This document shows positions 28,841 through 38,564 of a stretch of DNA of 64,000 nucleotides, piece by piece. A model generated the notes under the pieces. It did not search any database and was not told the origin of the DNA. It was given only the letters and a program-made list of their open reading frames with translations. Source of the DNA: an uncultured Pseudobdellovibrionaceae bacterium (GTDB taxonomy: Bacteria > Bdellovibrionota > Bdellovibrionia > Bdellovibrionales > UBA1609). Numbering within the stretch: position 1 is the first letter of the stretch; every line of letters begins with the position of its first letter. The stretch covers positions 32,001-96,000 of the forward strand of contig CAWDNU010000004.1 of the NCBI GenBank assembly GCA_963803705.1. The letters run 5' to 3'. A program made the position numbers and the translations under genes.

Positions 28841-29161
28841 CTCTAAAATGGAAAAATCAATAGAAAATATGAACAAACAAGGTTAGCTCGAGGCTCGAAA
28901 GCGCCTTTTTAATTCATCTTTTCCTCTAAAGGAGTACACGTATGGATTATAGAATCTCATGTTGAATCAGAGGGTTGGATGAGTGACATTTTACGGCCTT
29001 AAGAACAGATAATTAGTCAGGTTTAATACGCTCAAATATGAATTAATACATTAATGGCATTAGGTTTTGACGTATCACCTATAGTCAGTTCTGTAAAAAA
29101 TTCTAAAAAGTAGTTCCTATGATATCTGCTGAAAAGACTATGATATGTTCGACAATATTAT

Positions 29162-30229
29162 ATGCTAAAACTATTCGTACTCATTCTGTTCCCATTTATT
29201 TCTTTGCCCTCTTTCGCAGAAGACGGTCTTCTCTTTAGCGTTGAAAAAGATGGGAAGACATCGTATTTGTTTGGGACTCAACATTCTGTTACAGACTCTC
29301 TATACAGTATTCATCCAGAGATAGAAAAAGCAATCAAGAGATCACATACTGTATTGATCGAGCATAAAGGCGATTTGATGGACGCCTATTTTCCTCCAAG
29401 TGGCTTGGGTATATTTCAAGCTGATAATGAAACCAGAAAGGCTATGAGAAAACTTCCACCAGGCGTAGTGAAAAGAGTTAATGAGTTTTTCAAACCTTCT
29501 ATGGTTGAAGGAAGCTATTTTTCAAGCTGGCAGAGGTACCATCCTGGCGTAGCTTTAGCATTCGTAAATGATTGGTCGACGCGAGTAAAAGGTATAGTGA
29601 TCGCTGAAATAAGGTTGGCTCATGGGACTGTCAAAGAGTCCTCAGCTAGTAGAATTATTGATGATCAAGTTCGTGAATTAGCTGAAAGAAGTGGAAAGAA
29701 AGTTTACGCTTTAGACGTAGATGGAGTAATCACAGAGGGCTTCGTTAGGGCTTCTTCAATTGCAGACTTAAGTAGTTGGGTGATGAAACACTTACCCTTA
29801 GGCTCAGTCGATGGCATTGACCGCACTCCTTTGTTCGAAGAGCTTCCAAAAAGTTGGCAGTCTGATATTATTAAGATGATGAGTGGAGAACACGAATCCT
29901 ATCTTAATAAAAAGAAAGATTTGTACAAGTTGGGGAAAACAGAGGAAATGTTTCGCGTACAGGGAAATGATTTTAACGTTGCGCCTGAAGTCTAGAAAGC
30001 TCTTCTTTACAGAAATCTCTTGTGGAAAAAGAGAATAATTAAAGAATTAAAAGCGGGGAATATTTTCATAGCAGTTGGAATTGCTCACCTTTCGTACAGC
30101 GACAGTTCAGTGCCCAATTTAATCGAGATACTTCGGAGTGAAGGTTACAGGGTGTCTAATATTCCAAATAGAAAGTTGAGTTTACCTAAGTACGGCGCTG
30201 GTCTTTCATGCAAAAATTTTCTTAAATAG
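29162..30229 (+). pseudogene. TraB/GumN (Tiki-like) family secreted protein interrupted by an in-frame TAG
   Basis: SYLFGTQH near the N-terminus; after TAG at 29993-29995 the same frame continues YRNLLWKKRI...FIAVGIAHL. Confidence 0.8.
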
Positions 30230-30584
30230 TACGATTTAGAGTATATGCATCTTATCCTTAATAACTACACTTTCTCAATCTAAGGCCGAACGGTCAGAGA
30301 ATCTGGTATAAAAACACTGGGTAGAATTTAGACCTTACATTAATCTGTGAAGCTTTTGGATACCTCCGAAGGTTTTTTATTTGTCTGGTCAACAAAACTC
30401 AGTTTTTGAATTTCTGACCAAAATTTTTAAAAATTCAAATTTTTGGCTTCAACTCGTCAAAGTGTAAATTTCATGGTCAAGTTGGATGTGCTCTGCGGCC
30501 TGTATATTCGTTTTTAGCATTTGATTGGTGAGCGTAATTGAATATCAACATCTATTTCCAAAAAAATTTTCTGCTGCAAATCAC

Positions 30585-30613
30585 TTGAACACATACTAAA
30601 GGTATGTATAACT
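30585..30613 (+). promoter_or_regulatory. sigma70-like promoter with a TetR operator palindrome
   Basis: TTGAAC...TATAAC boxes enclosing ACATAC-taaag-GTATGT; ATG follows within ~7 nt, so probably leaderless. Confidence 0.6.
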
Positions 30614-30619
30614 CTTTCT

Positions 30620-31204
30620 ATGAGCAAAAAGAAAGTTCAAGGTGAAAAGACAAAAGAAGATCTAATTAGGCACGCAATGAAGCGGTTCGCGAAACTCGGA
30701 TTCAGCGGAACTCGTTTCGATGAAATAGCGCTGAGTCAGGGACTTACAAAAGGGGCGCTCTACCATCACTTTCAAAACAAAGCTGAGCTTTTTGAGGCTG
30801 CATTTATTTACTGTTCGATACAAGTGTCTCGTAAAGTATTCACTGAGGCGGGAAAGCAAAAATCCAGTGCAGAGGGTATTGTAGCTGGTTGTATAGAGTA
30901 TATAAAATGCGTCACGTCACTATCCCATCGGAAAATAATGCTTGAGGACTCAATCTCCGTACTTGGATGGTCAAGGTGGAAAGAAATTGACGATCAAACT
31001 TCTGAAGAAGGTCTTTTGCATGCCGTAATTGCCGCCCAAAAAAATGGTGAAATTAAAACTGATATACCAGCCCGAGCGCTTACTCGTTTTCTCTCTGGAG
31101 GAACAAATGAAGTTGCACTCTGGGTTGCAAATTCAAAAGAGAAAAGTCAAAGCCTTTCCGAGGTAAAAAAAACTTTAACCCAAGTAGTTAATGGACTACG
31201 TTAG
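30620..31204 (+). CDS. TetR/AcrR family regulator
   Basis: FAKLGFSGT..EIA..GLTKGALYHHFQNKAELF. Confidence 0.95.
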   Translation: MSKKKVQGEKTKEDLIRHAMKRFAKLGFSGTRFDEIALSQGLTKGALYHHFQNKAELFEAAFIYCSIQVSRKVFTEAGKQKSSAEGIVAGCIEYIKCVTSLSHRKIMLEDSISVLGWSRWKEIDDQTSEEGLLHAVIAAQKNGEIKTDIPARALTRFLSGGTNEVALWVANSKEKSQSLSEVKKTLTQVVNGLR

Positions 31205-31213
31205 GAGACTATA

Positions 31214-31621
31214 ATGATTAACAGTATGTACCCAGTCATCAGAACAAAAAAAATTGAAGAGACTTCTCAGTTCTATGAAAAGTATTTCGGATTCGAGCGG
31301 ACGTTCGAATCCGATTGGTATATCAGTCTAAAAATTGGCTCTCAAGAATTGGCAGTCTTGTTGCCAGATCATAAAACTATTCCAGAGGTCTTCCGAGGTA
31401 GAGAAAGTGGACCTGAGACCATGCTAAATTTTGAGATTGAAAATGTTGATGCCGTATATAAAAGGTTTAAAAGTGACGGCCGAAAGATCCACTACGAAAT
31501 AAAAGATGAGGGCTGGGGCCAACGCCACTTTATAGGTGAGGATCCAAACGGTGTAGCCATAGACGTAATTAAAGTCATTCCACCTTCAGATGATTTTCTG
31601 AAACAATACTCTGTAAGATAG
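31214..31621 (+). CDS. VOC/glyoxalase family protein
   Basis: FYEKYFGF, LNFEIENVD, DEGWGQRHF..DPNG. Confidence 0.92.
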   Translation: MINSMYPVIRTKKIEETSQFYEKYFGFERTFESDWYISLKIGSQELAVLLPDHKTIPEVFRGRESGPETMLNFEIENVDAVYKRFKSDGRKIHYEIKDEGWGQRHFIGEDPNGVAIDVIKVIPPSDDFLKQYSVR

Positions 31622-32308
31622 TGCAAGAAAGTTGATATCTGATACCCTTGGTTTTGGCTTGATATTTCTACGTTCTATTGTGCCTTTTAGTATCAGCTAG
31701 AAGGCATAAAATTTAGCCTAAACTCAATAGATTTAATTGATCTATATCTGAAAATTTGCCACGATGCTAAAAAATAATTGCTTCATATTCTTAACTTGAT
31801 AACAAATTGGTTCAAGAAGCGCCGGTATCTGCCTATACACAAAATTTTTTACACTCTCATAGGAAACTTAAAAATTTTTATCTTTCATATTCAAAACGAG
31901 ATCGAAAAATTTTAAACACCTAATGTAAATTAGGTAAACAGTATTTAAAAACAATTATCTCTATTTAGTTAAACACCTCATCGCCACATCGGCGCGTTTA
32001 TACTCAAGACCATGTTTTTCTTTTATTTCAGAATTATGTTGGAAGCCATTTTTTAGATATAAGTGAATAGCTGCTTCACAAGCGGAATAAGTGAGCAAAT
32101 AGCAGTTTTAAATTTTATTTTTAATATTAAATTCAAGATAGTTAATATCATAAAAGTCTTGCTTGTAGGATTTTTGGTAGACAACGATTTTCAATATAAG
32201 TACCAACTAACTTTGTTTAAATTAAAACTTAACGTCTAAGTTTGCATTGGCTAAAAGATATTTAACACCTAATGCCACATATTAGGGCCTGTGAAAGATT
32301 CATCTAAT

Positions 32309-32340
32309 TAAAAAAAAAGGAGCCATAAGGCCCCTTCTTT
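32309..32340 (-). terminator. Probable intrinsic terminator of sodB
   Basis: Imperfect GC stem (AAGGAGCC/GGCCCCTT) next to an A-run, which is a U-tract on the minus strand. Confidence 0.55.
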
Positions 32341-32369
32341 GTCATAGTCTTAGCGTTAGATTTCTAGGA

Positions 32370-32954
32370 TTAAGCGCTAAAATTTTTCGCTGCAAATTCC
32401 CAATTTACTAAGTTCCAAAATGCTTCTATATATTTTGGTCGCGCATTCCGGTAATCCACATAGTATGCATGCTCCCATACGTCACATGTCATTAGTGCGG
32501 TTATGTCTTTCTGGGTAACAGGTGTTTCTGCATTTGACGTTGTGGCAATATCTAATGACCCGTCAGATTTTTTGACAAGCCAAGCCCAACCCGAGCCAAA
32601 CTGTCCAGCGGCAGCTTTGGAAAACTCATCTTTAAAGGTCTGAAAATCCCCCCATTTCTTTGTGATTGCTTCTGCCAGATCCCCAGTGGGCTCGCCACCA
32701 CCGTCTGGAGATAGCGAATTCCAATAAAAGGAATGATTCCAAACCTGCGCGGCGTTATTAAAAGTTCCACCACTTGCAGAGCGAACAATATCTTCTAGCG
32801 ATTTTTCTGCATCTGGAGTTCCTTCAACGGCCGAGTTTAACTTGTCGACATAAGATTTATGATGCTTTCCATAATGATACTCGATTGTTTCAGCTGAAAT
32901 ATGAGGTGCAAGAGCATCTTTCGAGTAATTCAGTTCAGGTAATGTAAATGGCAC
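32370..32954 (-). CDS. sodB: Fe superoxide dismutase
   Basis: HYGKHH, FNNAAQVWNH (Fe type), FGSGWAWL, DVWEHAYY. Confidence 0.95.
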   Translation of the reverse strand: MPFTLPELNYSKDALAPHISAETIEYHYGKHHKSYVDKLNSAVEGTPDAEKSLEDIVRSASGGTFNNAAQVWNHSFYWNSLSPDGGGEPTGDLAEAITKKWGDFQTFKDEFSKAAAGQFGSGWAWLVKKSDGSLDIATTSNAETPVTQKDITALMTCDVWEHAYYVDYRNARPKYIEAFWNLVNWEFAAKNFSA

Positions 32955-33078
32955 TTTAAACTCCTTTGTTGCCCTTAGAAATTAGTTATAACTCAAGGGC
33001 TTTTAATTGTGATTATTTATAGTACTATAGCGCTCTAAACAATAATTTGTCCACAATTTGTCTGATCAAGGAATGTCA

Positions 33079-33804
33079 ATGGAACTGAGTCTCAAAACAT
33101 GGATGCAGATCGAAGACTATCTGAAAGAATCTAAAACTCTTATTGTGCCAGTTGGCTCCACAGAGCAACACGGACCAACGGGCTTGTTGGGCACAGATTA
33201 CATCACCGCCTTAGAAATCAGCAAACAAGTGGGAATAAAATCTAAACGCCTTGTTGCGCCAAGTCTTAACTACGGAATGGCAAATCACCATATCGGTTTT
33301 GCTGGAAGCGCTAGTCTAATGCCATCAACCTATATCTTAGTCATTAAAGATCTAGTTGAAAGTTGGAAGTCCCAAGGCTTTGAAAACTTTTTGTTTATAA
33401 ATGGACATGGGGGAAACATAGCACCGCTTACTTCAGCTTTTTCGGAGATAAAAAGAGGTGAAGAAAATTCTAAATTTTCACTGATCAATTGGTGGCATTT
33501 GAAACCAGTGAGAGACTACGAAGATAATGCCTTTAAGGATCAAAACGGTCATCATGCTACTTGTGGTGAAGTCTCTGTTACTCAATATTTCAGATCAGAC
33601 GCTTTTAAAGATATACCTCAACAAAACTTTGCTGTTGAAAACACAAAATCTCATTGGCCACTTAGTGCCTCAGAGATGAAAACGTTTTACCCTGATGGAC
33701 GTATGGGATCAAATCCAGGCTTAGCCACACCAGAACACGGCGAAAAGATTGCCAAGATTGCGACTGATCATATATGTGAACTTTTGTCTTATTGGGGTTT
33801 TTGA
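33079..33804 (+). CDS. Creatininase family amidohydrolase
   Basis: PVGSTEQHGP..GTD, INGHGGN, HATCGE. Confidence 0.92.
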   Translation: MELSLKTWMQIEDYLKESKTLIVPVGSTEQHGPTGLLGTDYITALEISKQVGIKSKRLVAPSLNYGMANHHIGFAGSASLMPSTYILVIKDLVESWKSQGFENFLFINGHGGNIAPLTSAFSEIKRGEENSKFSLINWWHLKPVRDYEDNAFKDQNGHHATCGEVSVTQYFRSDAFKDIPQQNFAVENTKSHWPLSASEMKTFYPDGRMGSNPGLATPEHGEKIAKIATDHICELLSYWGF

Positions 33805-34757
33805 TGTTTGAGAAGGTAAAGCTCGATCAATTAGTTTCTCATGACTTAAAAGGTGATCCTAGGCTAATTGGTTGGCTACAGAAAAGTATCGATGACTCTG
33901 ATTACGTTGTCATGGGTTATCCTGATGATGAGGGCATTCAGAACAATGCGGGTAGAAAGGGCGCAGCCTTTGCTCCGGATATTATAAGAAAATATCTTTA
34001 TAATATGAGACCCTCAATCTTATCTAACTCCGAGCCAGCAAAAATTTATGATTACGGCAATTTAAAAATTGAGAAAAGCCTTGAAACTAGACACCAAACT
34101 GCAATAGGTTTTGTGGAGCGAATCCTAGACCAGGGCAAAACAATACTTAGCTTTGGCGGTGGTCATGATTATGGGTATGTGGATGGAAAATCGTTTTTAA
34201 ACTTTTGTTCTGATAGTACTAGTAAGCCTTTAATCGTAAATTTTGATGCACACTTCGATGTAAGGGCAACTGACAAAGGTATCACAAGTGGAACACCTTT
34301 TTACAGACTGCTTGAGGAAGATGTTTTTGATTTTGTAGAAATAGGAATTCAAGAACAGTGTAACACTAAAGCTCATTATGAATATCTAAAAAGCAAAGGT
34401 GCCAGCATATTATTTTTATCAGACCTTTTGGTTAACGGTGAGTTTAAATATCAAAAATTTTTGGATTTTTTCGAAAAATTAAATATTAAAAATACAACTT
34501 GTTTTCTTAGTGTAGATATAGATGCATTCTCTAACGCATATGCACCCGGCTGTAGCCAGTCTTTTGCAACCGGTTTTGACCCACAGATGTTTTTTTCGAT
34601 GTTTGATTACTTGATCCAAAACTATTATGTTCGTGCCTTAGGTATTTATGAAGTTTCGCCCACACTTGACCTAGACGATCACACCTCAAAATTAGCAGCC
34701 CTTATTGCGTATAAATTTCTGAATCTTAAACAATACTTAAGGACTAAAAATGAATAA
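33804..34757 (+). CDS. hutG: Formimidoylglutamase (arginase family)
   Basis: DEGIQNNAGRKGA, GGGHD, NFDAHFDVR, SGTPF, DIDAF, EVSPTLD. Confidence 0.88.
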   Translation: MFEKVKLDQLVSHDLKGDPRLIGWLQKSIDDSDYVVMGYPDDEGIQNNAGRKGAAFAPDIIRKYLYNMRPSILSNSEPAKIYDYGNLKIEKSLETRHQTAIGFVERILDQGKTILSFGGGHDYGYVDGKSFLNFCSDSTSKPLIVNFDAHFDVRATDKGITSGTPFYRLLEEDVFDFVEIGIQEQCNTKAHYEYLKSKGASILFLSDLLVNGEFKYQKFLDFFEKLNIKNTTCFLSVDIDAFSNAYAPGCSQSFATGFDPQMFFSMFDYLIQNYYVRALGIYEVSPTLDLDDHTSKLAALIAYKFLNLKQYLRTKNE

Positions 34758-35844
34758 ATTGGCTGATCAAGTAGAATCCAAACCAACAAGAAGTTTAGCA
34801 AGCGACAACCATAGCGGGGTTCATCCGCAAATTTTGGTTGGTCTAGGCGATGTAAATCTTAACCACCATCATAGTTATGAAGGTGATCCGTTTACATCGA
34901 AATTGAAGTCTACAGTTAAAGATATATTTGGTCAGACTTTCGAAAGCTTTATGGTTTTTAATGGCACCGCGGCTAATGTGCTGGCTTTGCAGCACTTTCT
35001 AAAGCCCTGGAACTCGGTCATATGCGCCGAAGAGAGTCATCTTAATTTAGATGAATGTGGTGCTCCTGAAAGATTTATTGGATGCAAGCTAGATTTGGTA
35101 AAAACCAAAGATGGAAAATTAAAAGCTGAAGATATCGAAAATAAAATGATCCGGGGTGGGGATCAACATTATAGCCAGCCCAAGGCTGTGTCCATAACTC
35201 AACCCACAGAATATGGTACAGTTTATAGTCTTAACGAGTTAGAAAAGATTTCGGCGATTTGCAAGAAACATAATTTGTATCTGCACATCGATGGCGCCAG
35301 ATTTTGCAACGCTGTTATACATCTAAATACGGACCTTAAATCTTTGGCAAATTTTGCTGATGCTATAAGTTTTGGAGGCACAAAAAATGGCCTGCTCGGT
35401 TGCGAACTTGTACTAATTAAGTCAAGCTCTTCAGATAGTGTGAATGAATTTAGATTTGAACGAAAACAAGCCATGCAGTTGCCATCAAAAACAAGATTTA
35501 TAGCTAAGCAGTTTCTAACATATTTTGAAGATGATCTTTGGAAACAAATCTCCACGCATTCGCTGCTGATGGCTGACAAGCTAGAAAAAGAACTAAGAAA
35601 GATTCCTGAAATCAAAGTTTTGCTTCCTGTTCAGTCTAATGCTGTTTTTTGTGAAATTCCTAAAACTTGGATCAAAGAACTTAAAAAAGAGATTTTTTTC
35701 TATGTGTGGGAACAGAAGCGTTCGATAATAAGATTGATGACAAGCTTTGATACAACTGAAGATGACCTAAATTTATTTCTGAAAAAAGCACGAATTCTTT
35801 CATCAAAAGGTCAAAAAATTCAAAGAGATTTGTATGTCAGATAA
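34750..35844 (+). CDS. ltaE: Low-specificity L-threonine aldolase
   Basis: ASDNHS, FNGTAAN, DECGAPE, TQPTEYG, HIDGARF, FGGTKNG. Confidence 0.9.
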   Translation: MNKLADQVESKPTRSLASDNHSGVHPQILVGLGDVNLNHHHSYEGDPFTSKLKSTVKDIFGQTFESFMVFNGTAANVLALQHFLKPWNSVICAEESHLNLDECGAPERFIGCKLDLVKTKDGKLKAEDIENKMIRGGDQHYSQPKAVSITQPTEYGTVYSLNELEKISAICKKHNLYLHIDGARFCNAVIHLNTDLKSLANFADAISFGGTKNGLLGCELVLIKSSSSDSVNEFRFERKQAMQLPSKTRFIAKQFLTYFEDDLWKQISTHSLLMADKLEKELRKIPEIKVLLPVQSNAVFCEIPKTWIKELKKEIFFYVWEQKRSIIRLMTSFDTTEDDLNLFLKKARILSSKGQKIQRDLYVR

Positions 35845-36892
35845 AAATTTTAATTACACAAGTTACTTAAAAATTTCCGGAATTACAGCTCAACAAGATC
35901 TTATGAGCGTAAAACATCAGGGCAAGCCAGCTCATGACGAAATGTTATTTATAATTGTTCATCAAACCTATGAGTTGTGGTTTAAGCAAATTTTGTGGGA
36001 AATTGATTCAATTATTGAGCTGTTCAACAAAAATTTTGTAAAAGATGCAGAGCTACAAACAGCTAATCATCGGCTCAAGCGCATTGTCGAAATTCAGCGT
36101 CTTCTTATTTCTCAAATAGATGTGCTAGAAACTATGACGCCACTTGAGTTTCTAGAGTTTAGAAACCTTTTATTTTCAGCATCTGGGTTTCAGAGCGCCC
36201 AGTTTAGACTGATCGAAAACAAAATGGGTTTAAAATCAAAGGATAGATCAATTATTGGGGGGTGTCCCTACCACCAGTTTTTAGATCAGAAAGAAAGCAA
36301 AGATGTTCAGGATTCAGAACTGAGTTCTACACTTTTTTCGTGCGTTGAGAAATGGCTAGAGCGAACTCCCTTTCTTCAAGTTGACCAGTATGATTTTTGG
36401 AGTGAGTACAAGGTCGCCGTTGGAAAAATGTTTGACCAAGAAAAAGTCTACATTTTAGAACATGTTGAAAATACAGAAAATCAGATATCTTCTTTAAAAA
36501 AACTAGAGCAAGAGAGAGTAAATTTTAGAATGATCACCGATGAAGATACTTTTAATCAATACAAGCAGGAAAGCTTTTGGAAGCTTTCCTACAAAGCATT
36601 GATGGCAGCCCTATTTATTCAAGTGTATAGGTCAAGTCCAAAGCTAACTCCTGCATTTCAAATGATCACTTATCTGATCGACATTGACGAAAAATGGACA
36701 ATGTGGCGCTACCGGCATGCACAAATGGCAGGTCGCATGTTAGGCCAGAAAGTAGGTACTGGCGGGTCTTCGGGCTCGGAATATTTGAAAAGTGCTGCTG
36801 AAAAGCACAAGATCTTTAGTGACTTTTATAAGCTTTCGACTTTTTTTATCCCGGCTTCACATCTTCCCGAACTACCCGATCACCTGGCTTAA
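35834..36892 (+). CDS. kynA: Tryptophan 2,3-dioxygenase
   Basis: HDEMLFIIVHQTYELWFKQ, ASGFQSAQFR, WRYRH, GTGGSSG. Confidence 0.96.
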   Translation: MSDKNFNYTSYLKISGITAQQDLMSVKHQGKPAHDEMLFIIVHQTYELWFKQILWEIDSIIELFNKNFVKDAELQTANHRLKRIVEIQRLLISQIDVLETMTPLEFLEFRNLLFSASGFQSAQFRLIENKMGLKSKDRSIIGGCPYHQFLDQKESKDVQDSELSSTLFSCVEKWLERTPFLQVDQYDFWSEYKVAVGKMFDQEKVYILEHVENTENQISSLKKLEQERVNFRMITDEDTFNQYKQESFWKLSYKALMAALFIQVYRSSPKLTPAFQMITYLIDIDEKWTMWRYRHAQMAGRMLGQKVGTGGSSGSEYLKSAAEKHKIFSDFYKLSTFFIPASHLPELPDHLA

Positions 36893-36893
36893 G

Positions 36894-36984
36894 AACTTAG
36901 GTGCTACATTAGGTGCCCGGTTCCGAACGCTGGCTGCGCCCTGGCAAGCGTTCGGAACCTGGCACCTAATGTAGCACCTAAGTT
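36894..36984. repeat. 91-nt REP/REPIN-like palindrome
   Basis: AACTTAGGTGCTACATTAGGTGCC-c-GGTTCCGAACGCT pairs with AGCGTTCGGAACC-t-GGCACCTAATGTAGCACCTAAGTT; starts right after the kynA stop. Confidence 0.85.
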
Positions 36985-37079
36985 TGGTTGGAAGTTGAGC
37001 CTGGTCTAGTTATGCAAATTTTTTTGTAATACTTAGGCTGGAAATATCCTGGGTATCGATAAGGTGCTAGAGTATAAAA

Positions 37080-37775
37080 ATGAAGCACGGTATCCTTATC
37101 TTAGTATGTACGCTGTTATCTCAAACCACTTTTGCCAACTGCCCGACTGAACTTTCAAAGAGTCAGCTTTTAGGAAAAGTTTCCGATCCCTCTAAATTCT
37201 ACACTCCTATAAGAAGCTATTGTAGTGACGAGTTACTTAATATTTTTAGCAATTGCATAGAATCGGATTCTGCCGAACAAACTTTGTTTTTTGGTTCAAG
37301 AGAAAAGCATTATGAAAGCACGAAGACAGCTGATTGTCCCTTCGGATATGCTACTGAAGCAAGAGGCGGATATTTGCGCTTTCAAAAGTTTAATGGCAAA
37401 CCTGTTTGCTTAGAACCTTGCGAAACTATGGCCGTGGGTAAGTTTTTTAGAGACCAAGATAAGTTTGGTGCAAAAAGAGCTTTGAATATCGGAGATCAAA
37501 TTTATATTCCACAACTTAAGGGCCTTCGGTGCGGTAAAAAAATACATAAGGGTTGCGTGCGAGTAAGCCACTTTATCGAGTACACAGATAAACCCATTGT
37601 AGATTTATATTCTGGCATTTGCAGCTCGAGTATTAGTAGAGGTGTTTGTAGAAAATCAAATGATTCAGATCTTCCTAAGGTGATTTCGATTTATAAGGTA
37701 GAAAACTTACGAAACCCCGCGAATGCGGAAAATCAGATCTCTTTTGATACTGAAGATTATCTACTGAACTTTTGA
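37080..37775 (+). CDS. Secreted Cys-rich protein with a degenerate 3D (MltA-like) domain
   Basis: Signal peptide; pattern TMAVG..IGDQIYIPQLKG..HKGCVRV..IVDLYSG. Confidence 0.5.
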   Translation: MKHGILILVCTLLSQTTFANCPTELSKSQLLGKVSDPSKFYTPIRSYCSDELLNIFSNCIESDSAEQTLFFGSREKHYESTKTADCPFGYATEARGGYLRFQKFNGKPVCLEPCETMAVGKFFRDQDKFGAKRALNIGDQIYIPQLKGLRCGKKIHKGCVRVSHFIEYTDKPIVDLYSGICSSSISRGVCRKSNDSDLPKVISIYKVENLRNPANAENQISFDTEDYLLNF

Positions 37776-37794
37776 TTGAGTCTAAGATCCTAGT

Positions 37795-37919
37795 GGGCCT
37801 GTTGAAAAAGTATTAGATTCTAGGCGTCCAAGCTTAAAATCGAATGAGTCGTAGTTTATCTACGTCGAATGAGATTTAAGCGAAGGCAACAACGAAGATG
37901 ATGCTTTTTCAGCAGGCCC
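37795..37919 (+). mobile_element. 125-bp MITE, copy 1
   Basis: TIRs GGGCCTGTTGAAAAAG / CTTTTTCAGCAGGCCC, 4-bp TSD TAGT, two differences from copy 2. Confidence 0.9.
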
Positions 37920-37925
37920 TAGTGT

Positions 37926-38561
37926 TTATTTGCACAATATAGCCCGTACGGGTGAAGCATCACCGTCTTTAATTTTCAGGGGCAATGCAATCAATTGATA
38001 TTGACCCACTGGCACGTCCTCTAAAACCAAACCTTCCAATATGGACATATTGTTTTTTAGAACTGCTTGATGAGATTCAAGTTTTTTAGAAGTTGCGGGA
38101 TCTATTGATGGCGTATCTAAACCAACAAGCAGTACTCCGCTGTCTGCTAATGCCTGGACCACTTCTGGTGATAGGGACACAAAATCATTGGACCATTCAT
38201 TAGGTCGAAATGAATTAGTCTTAAATAAAACTCGCGGGCTTGCAACGCTGTTTATTTCAAAATCGTGTAGCGAAATTCTTTGGTTAAAAGCCGTGTTCAC
38301 CTCGATCACCTGACAGTGGCCCATATATGTTCTTAAATCTTTTTGATCTATACCAGGTTCATTTGGGCCATAATGGCTTACGGCGTCTGCATGTGCCCCA
38401 ATGTGCAAGGTTGTTGTCATAGAGGATAGGTCCAGATGGGCTCCTTGCTCTTGAGACATTAATACGTTTCTCTCGAAGGCCACATCACCCGGAAAGACCG
38501 CTGTTTGTTCAGAGATCAGAGGGGATATATCATAGATCTCGTTAAAATCGTCGAAGTGCAT
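37926..38561 (-). CDS. kynB: Kynurenine formamidase (cyclase family)
   Basis: HIGAHADA, GLDTPSID, ILEGL, DASPVRA; kynA nearby. Confidence 0.9.
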   Translation of the reverse strand: MHFDDFNEIYDISPLISEQTAVFPGDVAFERNVLMSQEQGAHLDLSSMTTTLHIGAHADAVSHYGPNEPGIDQKDLRTYMGHCQVIEVNTAFNQRISLHDFEINSVASPRVLFKTNSFRPNEWSNDFVSLSPEVVQALADSGVLLVGLDTPSIDPATSKKLESHQAVLKNNMSILEGLVLEDVPVGQYQLIALPLKIKDGDASPVRAILCK

Positions 38562-38564
38562 AAA

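Larger units (their letters stand above)
27580..31858. mobile_element. Degenerate IS256-family-bounded cargo element (4279 bp)
   Basis: Left IR GGGTCTGTAAATTATTTTGTGTA (27580-27602) and right IR TACACAAAATTTTTTACACTCTC (31836-31858) match 18/23 as inverted repeats; flanks ATACGAAA and ATAGGAAA match 7/8. Confidence 0.7.

Noticed and set aside
37001..37016. sigma54-like TGG...TGC upstream of 37080
   Set aside because: GG-GC spacing is 9 nt, not the required 10.
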